Part shown: piece by piece, positions 48,175 through 56,993 of the stretch
How the letters are laid out: every line of letters starts with the position of its first letter
Numbering within the stretch: the stretch's first letter is position 1
Origin: Minisyncoccia bacterium
GTDB lineage: Bacteria > Patescibacteriota > Minisyncoccia > UBA6257 > GWB1-50-10
NCBI GenBank assembly: GCA_049997815.1
Contig: JBEKVQ010000006.1
Span: 2,613 to 66,612 of the forward strand
Reading direction: 5' to 3'
DNA length: 64,000 bases
Program-made: the position numbers and the translations under genes
The notes under the pieces: generated by a model
Told to the model about the DNA's origin: nothing
The model's database searches: none
What the model saw: only the letters and a program-made list of their open reading frames with translations

Positions 48175-48627
48175 ATGGGAAAAAAGAAAGTCGCTCAAAA
48201 ATCAAAGAATGAAACGATAAAGGAAGCCGAATCCACGGATAAGGCCGCTTCGAAGCAGGCCGCGTCCGTTCCGAAGCAGCGCTGGGAGAACGGCCGAATT
48301 TATATTCAGGCGACCTACAACAACACCATCATTACCGTGACCGACGATAAAGGGGCGGTGATAACCTGGATGTCCGCGGGTTCATTGGGCTTTTCCGGCC
48401 CTAAGAAAGCGACGCCCTTCGCTGCTTCGAAGGTGGCTGAGGCAATTTCACAAAAGATAGAGAAATCGGGCCCGGTGAACGTGGAAATCATGGTTCGCGG
48501 CGTGGGCAGCGGCCGGGATTCGGCGATTCGCTCGCTCGTCGGCAAGGGAGTGAACGTTGTGTCGATCAAGGATGTGACACCGATACCGCACAACGGTCCG
48601 CGGGCGGCCAAGACAAGAAGAGTATAA
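48175..48627 (+). CDS. rpsK: 30S ribosomal protein S11
   Basis: ATYNNTI, KKATPFAA, DVTPIPHNG. Confidence 0.97.
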   Translation: MGKKKVAQKSKNETIKEAESTDKAASKQAASVPKQRWENGRIYIQATYNNTIITVTDDKGAVITWMSAGSLGFSGPKKATPFAASKVAEAISQKIEKSGPVNVEIMVRGVGSGRDSAIRSLVGKGVNVVSIKDVTPIPHNGPRAAKTRRV

Positions 48628-48631
48628 AAAC

Positions 48632-49231
48632 ATGAGGCCTGTTAAAGAAAAAAAAGAAAGAGCATTAGGGATGAAACTTTTCCTAAAAGGGGACCGCTGC
48701 AATTCTCCGAAGTGCGCGATGGTGCGCCACCCTTATCGTCCCGGCCAGCACGGCCAGGCACGGCATTCCGTTTCCGATTTCGGCAAGCAACTTCAGGAAA
48801 AGCAGAAGATCCAGTTGCTTTACGGCCTGAATAACCGACAGATGATGAAGATGTTCCGCACCTATACCAAAGAAGAGATATTGAACAAGCTGGAGACCCG
48901 TCTGGACCACGTGGTGTTCCTTCTGGGCTTGGCCAAGTCGCCCCGAATTGCCCGCCAGCTCGTTTCCCACGGTCACATCACCGTGAACGGCCGGAAGGTG
49001 ACAATTCCCTCTTATTGTGTTAAGATGAAAGACACGATTGCCGTACGGGCAGAATCCCGCTCGGCCAAGATATTTGACGATATCCAACTTCGTTTGAAGC
49101 AGTACACCCCGCCTGAGTGGCTTAAGCTCAAAGTGGAAGAACTGAAAGGTGAATGCACGGGCAAGCCCCCGGTCGCGGGCGTCCAGCTGCCTTTCGATAT
49201 CAATTTAGTCGGTCAGTTTTATTCGCGTTAA
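48632..49231 (+). CDS. rpsD: 30S ribosomal protein S4
   Basis: PGQHG, QLQEKQK, LETRLD, ARQLVSHGHITVNG. Confidence 0.97.
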   Translation: MRPVKEKKERALGMKLFLKGDRCNSPKCAMVRHPYRPGQHGQARHSVSDFGKQLQEKQKIQLLYGLNNRQMMKMFRTYTKEEILNKLETRLDHVVFLLGLAKSPRIARQLVSHGHITVNGRKVTIPSYCVKMKDTIAVRAESRSAKIFDDIQLRLKQYTPPEWLKLKVEELKGECTGKPPVAGVQLPFDINLVGQFYSR

Positions 49232-49242
49232 ATTCAAAAAAT

Positions 49243-49983
49243 ATGAAATATTCCCATTTAAGCGAAGCGGTCACAATTAAGAAGGTTTCCGAAAAAGATA
49301 ACGTCGGCGTTTTTCACATTGAAGGCCTCTATACCGGTTACGGCGTAACCTTGGGGAACGCTTTCCGCAGGGTTCTGCTCTCGTCCCTGCCTGGAGCGGC
49401 CATTACCCAGATAAAGATAAAGAACGTAGAGCACGAATTTTCCACCCTCCCCGGAATGATGGAGGATATCGTGGAATTCACGCTGAATTTGAAGAAGGTG
49501 CGTTTCCATTTCGATGCCGACGAGCCGCAGACCCTGAAACTCCACGTAAAGGGTGAGCACGAGGTGAAGGCGGAAAATATTGAGTCCACGACGCTCGTTC
49601 AGGTCATAAATAAAGACATGCATTTGGCGACGCTCACGAAAAAAGCGGCGGACCTGGATATGGAAATCACAGTTGAAAAAGGTTTGGGCTACGTAATGTC
49701 CGAATCCAGAAAAATGGAACGGCTCTCGGTCGGCACCATCGTCTTGGACGCGATCTTTTCTCCGATCGTCCGCGTTTCTTTCCACTCGGAAGACATGCGG
49801 GTGGGGGACAGAACCGATTATAACCGCCTTAAGCTTGAGATAGAGACCGACGGCTCCGTGAGCCCCTCCGAAGCGCTCCACAAGGCCTCGAATATTTTGA
49901 AGGACCACTTTGAAAAAACGGCGGCGGGAGTGGAAGTGACTCCGGTTCTGAGAGAAGGAAAGACCGAAAAGAAAAAGAAGTAA
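49243..49983 (+). CDS. rpoA: RNA polymerase alpha subunit (246 aa, no alpha-CTD)
   Basis: GYGVTLGNAFRRVLLSSLPG, HEFSTLPG, DAIFSP, ETDGS; ends in a Lys-rich tail. Confidence 0.95.
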   Translation: MKYSHLSEAVTIKKVSEKDNVGVFHIEGLYTGYGVTLGNAFRRVLLSSLPGAAITQIKIKNVEHEFSTLPGMMEDIVEFTLNLKKVRFHFDADEPQTLKLHVKGEHEVKAENIESTTLVQVINKDMHLATLTKKAADLDMEITVEKGLGYVMSESRKMERLSVGTIVLDAIFSPIVRVSFHSEDMRVGDRTDYNRLKLEIETDGSVSPSEALHKASNILKDHFEKTAAGVEVTPVLREGKTEKKKK

Positions 49984-49987
49984 AACA

Positions 49988-50338
49988 ATGCGCCACGCCC
50001 ACAAAGGAAGAAAATTCGGATTGAAAACCGGTCGGCGCCGGTCTTTCTTGCGGGTGCTCTCGAATAATTTGATAAGCCATGGCCGGATATCGACGACCGA
50101 GGCGCGGGCCAAGGAGCTCCGCACTGTCGTTGAGCGTTATGTTACCTACGGCAAGCAGCAGAATTTAGCCGGCTTGAAGCTGCTTTTGAAAAATCTGCCG
50201 AAGACGGCAGCTTACAAGGTCTATCACGAAATAGCGCCGAAATACAAAGACAGGAAGGGTGGATACACCAGAGTGATAAAAAAAGCCGTGCCCAGAAAAC
50301 ACGATGGCTCGAAAATGGCGACGATTGAGTTCGTTTAG
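49988..50338 (+). CDS. rplQ: 50S ribosomal protein L17
   Basis: MRH..KGRK, TTEARAKELR, RKGGYTR. Confidence 0.96.
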   Translation: MRHAHKGRKFGLKTGRRRSFLRVLSNNLISHGRISTTEARAKELRTVVERYVTYGKQQNLAGLKLLLKNLPKTAAYKVYHEIAPKYKDRKGGYTRVIKKAVPRKHDGSKMATIEFV

Positions 50339-50342
50339 AGAT

Positions 50343-50684
50343 ATGGAATATACTATCGACGCAAAAAACAAAAAACTGGGCCGGCTCTCCTCGGAGATCG
50401 CCGTTATTTTGCAGGGAAAGAAGAATCCGAAATACAATCCGAAGTTTTTGGGCGATGACAAGGTTATCGTAAAGAACATCAAGGAAATGTCCTTTACCGG
50501 CAAGAAGACGGGACAAAAAATATATTACAAGCACACCGGTCCCTTGGGGCACTTGAAGGAAAATAAATTTGCCGACGTTTTCAAGAAAAATCCGGCCTGG
50601 GTTCTGCGTCATGCGGTCCGGCTGATGCTTCCGAAGAACCGCCTGAATACCAAGCGTTTGAAAAATTTAACGGTTGAAAACTAA
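50343..50684 (+). CDS. rplM: 50S ribosomal protein L13 (short)
   Basis: IDAKNKKLGRL, LQGKK.P.Y, AVRLMLPKNRL. Confidence 0.93.
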   Translation: MEYTIDAKNKKLGRLSSEIAVILQGKKNPKYNPKFLGDDKVIVKNIKEMSFTGKKTGQKIYYKHTGPLGHLKENKFADVFKKNPAWVLRHAVRLMLPKNRLNTKRLKNLTVEN

Positions 50685-50685
50685 A

Positions 50686-51144
50686 ATGCCAACAAAATCC
50701 GATAAAAAACCGACGAAGAAGGCAACTGAATCGGCATCAAAAGAAAAATACATTGAGGCAGTGGGCCGCCGAAAGACCGCGGTCGCCCGCGTGCGCTTTT
50801 TCTCCGGCAAGCAAAAAGCCGCGAAGGCGCCCGAGGTAATAGTGAACGGAAAGCCTTTTTCCGCCTATTTTCCGACGGCCAAACTACAGAAGACCGTGCT
50901 TTCCCCATTCGGTGAGCTTTCGCTCAAGGAATATCATGCTACGGTCATAGTGAGCGGCGGCGGATTGAGCTCTCAGGCGGAGGCGGTTCGTTTGGGACTG
51001 TCCCGTACCCTCGTTGCCCTAAATCCGATTTGGCGTTCCAGACTGAAGTCGCTTGGCTTCATGAAGCGCGACCCGAGAAGGGTGGAGCGCAAGAAGTACG
51101 GCTCCCGAAAAGCCAGAAGGCCGCAGCAATGGAGGAAACGTTAG
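50686..51144 (+). CDS. rpsI: 30S ribosomal protein S9
   Basis: GRRKTAVARV, GGGLSSQAEA, RDPRRVERKKYG.RKARR..QWRKR. Confidence 0.96.
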   Translation: MPTKSDKKPTKKATESASKEKYIEAVGRRKTAVARVRFFSGKQKAAKAPEVIVNGKPFSAYFPTAKLQKTVLSPFGELSLKEYHATVIVSGGGLSSQAEAVRLGLSRTLVALNPIWRSRLKSLGFMKRDPRRVERKKYGSRKARRPQQWRKR

Positions 51145-51286
51145 TTTCCGAATTGCTGCGAGGAAAGGGTCGGGGAAGGGCGGGAATTGAGCCCGTCTCC
51201 GTGTCGGAAATAGCTCTGCTGAAGCGAGCGTTTAGAAACCGAGGGTTTCTAAGGAGCGAAGCGACGCAGCATTGGAGGAAACGTTA
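51122..51286. repeat. Structured 143-bp insert bounded by a 22-bp direct repeat of the rpsI 3' end
   Basis: cgcagcaatggaggaaacgtta (51122-51143) vs cgcagcattggaggaaacgtta (51265-51286); internal hairpins. Confidence 0.8.
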
Positions 51287-51293
51287 AAAAACT

Positions 51294-51330
51294 ATCCCGC
51301 CAGTCCATGGACTGGCGGGATTCTTTTTCT
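51294..51330. terminator. Perfect 28-bp palindrome, probably a bidirectional terminator
   Basis: atcccgccagtcca|tggactggcgggat, with an A-run upstream and tctttttct downstream; lies between convergent genes. Confidence 0.75.
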
Positions 51331-51347
51331 ATACTGTTGCGAGGATT

Positions 51348-52658
51348 TTATTTCAGAACGACCTCGGAGAGTGTGCCGTTGGATTTTAAAATATATAGAT
51401 TGTTCCCCTGGACGAAGAATTTTTTGACGTTATTTGCTACCGGATAAGTATTCTGCGGAGTCCGCGAATCAAGCTCGGTTAGGAGCAGATTGCCGTTCAC
51501 TAAAATCAGGCCGTAGTTGGGGTAGTCACTCAGCCAGGCGAAGTCACTTACGGGACCGTCCACGGGAGAAATTTTCCATTTTTCTCCTTTCTTGACTTGG
51601 GTGTCGCCGTAGTAATCGTCGAGAGCCGCGACCGAAAGGGTATTGTCCTTGAGCGCGAGAGTGACCCTCTTTTCGTCGGGCGATACGAAAAAGTCGGCCA
51701 CGTTTTTCTCCAGGACCGAAGCTTTATTGAGCGATCGGTCATAGACCGTGAGGTCGCCGTTATCCCCCAGGAAAAAGAGCATCGAGCCGCTCGGGGTGGT
51801 GCTCATCGAGGCGTTTTGAGGCAGATTCTCGCCGTAGGCGCTTTCGGTCCGGAGGAAGAGATTAAAAGCCTCAAGACCGCCACCCTTGTTCTCGAAAAAT
51901 ACCTCGTTATTGGAGAGAGTCGCGTCCGTCGTGCTCGCTATAGAAGCCAGTTTATCCATGACGGTTCGGGATGAATCGAATGAGTAAAGAGCATTCTTTG
52001 TAACGATGAGTATCTTGCCTCCGCTGAACGGATGGATGAAGAATCGGAGGGGAGCGGCGGAGCCGATAAGGTCGGTCAGATTGATCGGGTTTTTGGCGTT
52101 CGCGAGGTCCGTAAGGAAATAGCTCTTCCCGTCGCTCGTGATGACGAGGCCGGATGAGGGGTCGCTTAAAATGACTTCTTGCCCGCGTAAACTGGTGTTG
52201 CTCCAATTGATTTTTCCGCTGTCGGTTTGGAGGAGCATTCCCTGTCCGGTAAGCCAGAAGTTTTTGACGGAACTTGTGGTCACCGGAATGGAAGCGAACT
52301 TATCCGGCCAGAGTTTTACCTGGCTTGCGGCGGTAACTATGGATTCCTTGACGTCCAGATTCTTTTCCCACGGCAGATAATTCGCCCGGCTCAATTTTAC
52401 GTCGTATTCTCCCGGCGCGAGTTTCGATATGAAAACCCCGGTCGAAAAGAGTCCGGGCGAAGCATCACTGGCTTTTCCGTTTATTTCGATTGTGGCATCC
52501 GCCGGAGAGTACTTTAGGAACAGAGCGCCGGTCTTTACGATCCTCAGGTTTTTGAGGTCCAGAACCCATCCCTGGGCGTTTATGAGGAGGTAAGCGCCCA
52601 ATAGGATGAAGACCAGAATGAGTGAGTAGAAGAAGAGCCGCCGTATTTTTAAATCCAT
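51348..52658 (-). CDS. PEGA-domain membrane-anchored protein with a beta-propeller-like C-terminus
   Basis: MDLKIRR, one TM, then KTGALFLKYSPADATIEING...LAPGEYDVKLSRANYLPW. Confidence 0.75.
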   Translation of the reverse strand: MDLKIRRLFFYSLILVFILLGAYLLINAQGWVLDLKNLRIVKTGALFLKYSPADATIEINGKASDASPGLFSTGVFISKLAPGEYDVKLSRANYLPWEKNLDVKESIVTAASQVKLWPDKFASIPVTTSSVKNFWLTGQGMLLQTDSGKINWSNTSLRGQEVILSDPSSGLVITSDGKSYFLTDLANAKNPINLTDLIGSAAPLRFFIHPFSGGKILIVTKNALYSFDSSRTVMDKLASIASTTDATLSNNEVFFENKGGGLEAFNLFLRTESAYGENLPQNASMSTTPSGSMLFFLGDNGDLTVYDRSLNKASVLEKNVADFFVSPDEKRVTLALKDNTLSVAALDDYYGDTQVKKGEKWKISPVDGPVSDFAWLSDYPNYGLILVNGNLLLTELDSRTPQNTYPVANNVKKFFVQGNNLYILKSNGTLSEVVLK

Positions 52659-52669
52659 CGCATTAATAA

Positions 52670-52756
52670 TATACCCGGTATTACAATCCCAATCAAAGGG
52701 GATGCTCATCTCGGTGGAAGGGAGGGTAATTCTATTGAATTGTAATACCGGGTATA
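52670..52756. promoter_or_regulatory. 18-bp perfect inverted repeat carrying both divergent -10 boxes (PEGA gene and murA)
   Basis: tatacccggtattacaat (52670-52687) / attgtaataccgggtata (52739-52756), with a 51-bp core. Confidence 0.8.
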
Positions 52757-52767
52757 ATAGAGACGAG

Positions 52768-54087
52768 ATGGATGGGCAAATGGAGAACAATGAGAAGTTC
52801 GTGGTGCGGGGTGGGCGGCCGCTCGTGGGAGAGATAAAACTGGCCGGCGCCAAGAACGCCGCGACAAAATTATTGGTAGCTACTCTTCTCACCGACGAAG
52901 AGTGCGTCTTCGAAAATTTCCCGAGGATCGGCGACGTGGAAGTGGCGAAAGAACTTTGCGCGATTTTGGGAAGCGAGATAAGAGCCATTGATTCCCATTT
53001 GGTCATTCGGACGCCCGAAATAAAAACGACGCGAGTAGCATCTTTGCACCGCCGGAACCGAATTCCAATACTGGCCTTGGGACCGCTTCTGAACCGGAAA
53101 GGGGAAGCCGAAGTCCCGATAGTGGGCGGGGATAAGATCGGTCCGCGGCCGGTGGATATGCACTTGGAATCCTTGAAGGAGCTTGGCGCGAAGATAGAAA
53201 TAAACAATAATTTCTATCGCGCGAGCGTCGTGGGACGGCTCAAGGGAGCCGACATAGCCCTCAAATATCCCAGTGTTGGAGCGACCGAACAGGTTATTTT
53301 GGCTTCGGTACTGGCTGACGGGAAGACCACGGTTTCGAATTCAGCGGTAGAACCGGAGATAATGGATTTGATAAAATTCCTCCAGAAAATGGGGGCCATC
53401 ATAGAGCTCGGCACGAACCGGACTATCGCTATTCACGGCGTTCCCAAGTTGCACGGCGCGCGGCACAAGATATTGTCGGACCGAAATGAAGCGGTCTCAT
53501 TCGCGTGCCTTGCGGTTGCGACGAACGGCAGGATTCTCGTTAATGGCGCGGAGCAGGACCATCTCATCACGTTTCTGAATGACCTAAGGCGCATCGGCGG
53601 AGAGTACGAAGTGATGGGGGACGGGATACTCTTTTGGCGCGCCCGGCCGCTTACGCCGGTCAGGATAGAGACCGACACTCACCCGGGTTTCATGACCGAC
53701 TGGCAGCAGCCGTTTCTCACGATGCTCACCCAGGCAAGCGGCGAGTCCTCGATTCACGAGACCGTCTACGAGGACCGCTTTGGCTACACGCGCGACTTGA
53801 ATTTAATGGGGGCGGACATTAGAGTAGTAGATGCTTGTTTGGGGAATTTACCCTGCCGCTTCAGGGACAAAAAATGCCCCCACAGCGCGATAGTGAAAGG
53901 CCCGACGCCGCTCCACGGAGCGAAACTCAGGGTGCCGGACTTGCGGGCCGGAATGGCCCATATTCTCGCGGCCCTGATTGCCGAAGGGGAATCCGAGATA
54001 AGCGGCGTCTCGGAGATTGACCGCGGATACGAAAAGATAGTGGAACGCTTGAGTTTTCTCGGAGCGGACATCAGGAGGGTGGGTTGA
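52768..54087 (+). CDS. murA: UDP-N-acetylglucosamine enolpyruvyl transferase (Asp at the Cys115 position)
   Basis: GAKNAA, GGDKIGPRPVDMH, PSVGATE, PGFMTDWQ, PDLRAG, RGYE. Confidence 0.95.
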   Translation: MDGQMENNEKFVVRGGRPLVGEIKLAGAKNAATKLLVATLLTDEECVFENFPRIGDVEVAKELCAILGSEIRAIDSHLVIRTPEIKTTRVASLHRRNRIPILALGPLLNRKGEAEVPIVGGDKIGPRPVDMHLESLKELGAKIEINNNFYRASVVGRLKGADIALKYPSVGATEQVILASVLADGKTTVSNSAVEPEIMDLIKFLQKMGAIIELGTNRTIAIHGVPKLHGARHKILSDRNEAVSFACLAVATNGRILVNGAEQDHLITFLNDLRRIGGEYEVMGDGILFWRARPLTPVRIETDTHPGFMTDWQQPFLTMLTQASGESSIHETVYEDRFGYTRDLNLMGADIRVVDACLGNLPCRFRDKKCPHSAIVKGPTPLHGAKLRVPDLRAGMAHILAALIAEGESEISGVSEIDRGYEKIVERLSFLGADIRRVG

Positions 54088-54238
54088 TTTTATGCAACAA
54101 AACTTCCCCTCCAAAACACGCTGTCAAATCCCCCAGCGATGAATTTGCGCTCGCTCTCGGCCTCGCTCTGCCCTACGGGCAACCATGCCCGCTCGGCCTG
54201 CGAGACGGTTTTGTCGGGAAAGTTTGTCGCGTAAAATC
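54086..54238. repeat. 153-bp element with imperfect terminal inverted repeats (MITE/REP-like or structured RNA)
   Basis: gattttatgcaacaaaacttccc pairs with gggaaagtttgtcgcgtaaaatc; inner caaaac/gttttg and a tgcc-ctacg-ggca hairpin. Confidence 0.6.
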
Positions 54239-54319
54239 TTAGGAGGGAATTATTGGTTCGCTACTACGATACTCGCTCTAAGCGAGTTTTCTTACATTTG
54301 TTGGGGTCAGTAGATTAGT

Positions 54320-54348
54320 TTGACACCTTTGTAAATTAGGTTTATAAC
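54320..54348 (+). promoter_or_regulatory. Sigma70 promoter
   Basis: TTGACA-17 nt-TATAAC. Confidence 0.75.
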
Positions 54349-54493
54349 TCAAGTAGGTATTTAAGAATTATTTGTTATTTGCATTTTTGCCCAGCATTTA
54401 GGGTGTTATATTTAGTACTTTAAATGCTGCGGCAAAAAGACCAAACATTCGCAATAATGCGTATGTTCAAATCCCCGTGGCAAAGGAGATTTT

Positions 54494-55111
54494 ATGGGTA
54501 CGATATCAGTTGAGCAACGATTCGCAGTTCTGGCGAAACTTGGTGAGAATGTTGATTGGAATTCGCTCACGAGAGAGCAGGTCCAAGTCGGCATTACCGA
54601 TTCGGAACGTGCCGGAAGAGAGGCAACGGAATTTATCCGAAACGGTTTTTGTCTTAACGATATATTCAGGATTATCGAAACTCTTTCTATCCCTATACCT
54701 GCATTATCTCGCCCCAATCTCGAAGAGCTCCAAGAGTTTTCCTCTTTGGTCCATTATGTTAAGAGGGATACCTCGCCAACTGAAGCGGTAGTATTGAATA
54801 TCGCAACCGTTCTACGTTCAGATGAAGATCAGATAAACGGAAGAGAGTATGAAACTCGCATTAACACGAAATCCAAACTCATCCTCGGTTATCAGCACGC
54901 TATATGGCTCGCTGAACATCAGGGCGAATTTCCGGAATTAATGAAACTTCTGGGAAAATCCAATATAGATTTTCCAGGGTTGGTAGTGGATGTGACCGGA
55001 GATTTGAGAGTCCCTTGCCTCAGTAAGCTAAATGAGCGTTGGTCCTTGCGCTGGGAATCCCTATGTAGTGATTTTGGTCAATCCGCACGGGTTGCATTCT
55101 CTGGCAAGTAA
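54494..55111 (+). CDS. Hypothetical protein in an AT-richer standalone unit
   Basis: AAGGAG SD, its own promoter and terminator; 205 aa. Confidence 0.75.
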   Translation: MGTISVEQRFAVLAKLGENVDWNSLTREQVQVGITDSERAGREATEFIRNGFCLNDIFRIIETLSIPIPALSRPNLEELQEFSSLVHYVKRDTSPTEAVVLNIATVLRSDEDQINGREYETRINTKSKLILGYQHAIWLAEHQGEFPELMKLLGKSNIDFPGLVVDVTGDLRVPCLSKLNERWSLRWESLCSDFGQSARVAFSGK

Positions 55112-55136
55112 TAGGATTTAGTCTCGTTTTCGTTTG

Positions 55137-55173
55137 GCCCCGTTTCGATTCATGGAACGGGGTTTTTGTTTTG
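55137..55173 (+). terminator. Intrinsic terminator
   Basis: gccccgttt...gaacggggt stem followed by ttttgttttg. Confidence 0.75.
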
Positions 55174-55209
55174 TTGAATTTTGGGCCGGATAATAGTAGA
55201 GTAAAACCA

Positions 55210-56217
55210 ATGTTTATCCGGAAAATCGGCATTGATTTGGGGACCACGAATACGCTGGTTTTTTTGCCGAACCGCGGAATCGTAATCAACGAGCCGACGG
55301 TCGTGGCGCTCCGGAAACCCGATAATGCCGTGCTCGCGGTCGGCGCCGAGGCCAAGGAAATGGTTGGCCGTACGCCCGACGATATCGTCACTTACAAACC
55401 GCTCAAGGACGGCGTGATCGCCGAATACTATATCACCCAGGCGATGTTGCGCTATTTCATCTCGAAGAGCGTCGGCGCCTTCAATGTTTTCAGACCGGAG
55501 GTGGTTATATCCGTGCCGGCGGGCATTACCTCGACCGAATACCGCGCCGTTATGAATGCGGCCAAGGAATCCGGCGCCAAAGAGGTTTATTTGGTCAAAG
55601 AACCCATACTCGCGGCTTTGGGTGCCGGAATTCCCATCCATTCGGCCGAGGGCAATATGGTCGTGAATATTGGCGGCGGAACGACCGAAGTAGCCGTCAT
55701 ATCATTGGGCGGGATAGTAAACTGGCATAGTTTGCGGGTGGCGGGAAACCGTTTTGACCAGTCAATCGCCGAATATATCAAAAAGAAGTATGGGCTCGCG
55801 ATAGGCGAGACGAGCGCGGAAAACATAAAAATCGCCATTGGTACGGCGCTTCCGAACCACAATAAGATGGAGATGAGAATCCGCGGACGGGACCTGGCTT
55901 CGGGATTGCCCAAGGATCTGACGATAAGTTCCAACGAGATTGCGGAGGCCATCAATCCGCATCTGGTAGAGATAATGGGAGCGGTGCAGTCCGTCTTTAA
56001 CGTGACCCCGCCGGAACTGGCGGCGGATATCATGGAGAAGGGCATCATCCTTTCGGGCGGCAGTTCGCAGATACGGGATTTGGAAGAGTTCATTAAGCGC
56101 TCGCTCGGCGTTTCGGCTTACACGGCCGAGGAGCCGATTCTTTGCGTCGCGAAGGGCACCGCCATAATTCTGAATCACTTGGATGTGTATAAGCGCACTC
56201 TTTTGAACAAGAGATAA
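55210..56217 (+). CDS. mreB: Rod shape-determining protein MreB (copy 1)
   Basis: GIDLGTTNT, EPTVVA, PLKDGVIA, NIGGGTTEVA, PPELAAD. Confidence 0.93.
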   Translation: MFIRKIGIDLGTTNTLVFLPNRGIVINEPTVVALRKPDNAVLAVGAEAKEMVGRTPDDIVTYKPLKDGVIAEYYITQAMLRYFISKSVGAFNVFRPEVVISVPAGITSTEYRAVMNAAKESGAKEVYLVKEPILAALGAGIPIHSAEGNMVVNIGGGTTEVAVISLGGIVNWHSLRVAGNRFDQSIAEYIKKKYGLAIGETSAENIKIAIGTALPNHNKMEMRIRGRDLASGLPKDLTISSNEIAEAINPHLVEIMGAVQSVFNVTPPELAADIMEKGIILSGGSSQIRDLEEFIKRSLGVSAYTAEEPILCVAKGTAIILNHLDVYKRTLLNKR

Positions 56218-56225
56218 TCTTCGTT

Positions 56226-56990
56226 ATGGATCTTTTCGGACACGAAGAAAGAACGAGGGCCTTCCAAAAGCTTATCAGGGAAAACAAACTGGGCCAGGCC
56301 TATCTTTTTTACGGCGACCGCGGAGTGGGCAAGGGAACCTTCGCCCGATTGCTCGCTTATGCGCTTGAAAACGGAAAGTTCGAAGTTGCGACCGAACCGC
56401 TTTTGGATGCCTCTTTCGTTTTGAAGGGAGAGGAAAAGAACAGTATCGGTATAGAAAAAATTTTGGAAGTGCGGAAGTTCCTATGGCAAAAACCGTTAAA
56501 ATCACCGAGGCGCCTCGCCGTCATCGATAACGCGGAGGAATTGACTCCCGAGGCCCAGGGAGCGCTCTTAAAGATAGTGGAAGAGCCGCCCGAACACGCC
56601 CTCTTGATTTTCGTCGCTCACGACCCACAGGTCTTGATTCCGCCGCTTCTTTCCCGGTTTGCCAAGGTCTACTTTCCGCGCCTTTCGAAAAACGAAGTGG
56701 CGAAGATATTGAAGGAAAAGTACGGCGAGAGCGAAAAAAAAGCGCGCGATATCGCCGCCGCCTCATTCGGCAGAATCGGCTACGCCCTGGAATTGTTGAA
56801 ACTGGATCCAAAAGGGGAAGACGATTTGGAGGATTTTCTAGAAAGGAGCATCCTGAAACTTTGGCGGGAAAATCTAGAAAAGAACGCTTCGCTTCTCTCG
56901 TGGCTCTTGGATAGGGAAACGCTCGTAAAAAGGTATAATTTGAATATGAATCTCCAAAGAAAAGCGGCGGAAGAAATGCTGAAGAATTAA
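56226..56990 (+). CDS. holB: DNA polymerase III delta' subunit-like clamp-loader protein
   Basis: AYLFYGDRGVGK, AQGALLKIVEEPP, LLSR. Confidence 0.8.
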   Translation: MDLFGHEERTRAFQKLIRENKLGQAYLFYGDRGVGKGTFARLLAYALENGKFEVATEPLLDASFVLKGEEKNSIGIEKILEVRKFLWQKPLKSPRRLAVIDNAEELTPEAQGALLKIVEEPPEHALLIFVAHDPQVLIPPLLSRFAKVYFPRLSKNEVAKILKEKYGESEKKARDIAAASFGRIGYALELLKLDPKGEDDLEDFLERSILKLWRENLEKNASLLSWLLDRETLVKRYNLNMNLQRKAAEEMLKN

Positions 56991-56993
56991 AAT

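Noticed and set aside
51030-51287. 85-aa ORF ending QHWRKR
   Set aside because: An out-of-frame shadow of rpsI running through the insert. Its ending simply reflects the duplicated rpsI 3' end.
52659-53207. N-terminal extension of the 619-aa minus-strand ORF
   Set aside because: It is antisense to murA. The real start is probably ATG 52658, followed directly by a TM segment.
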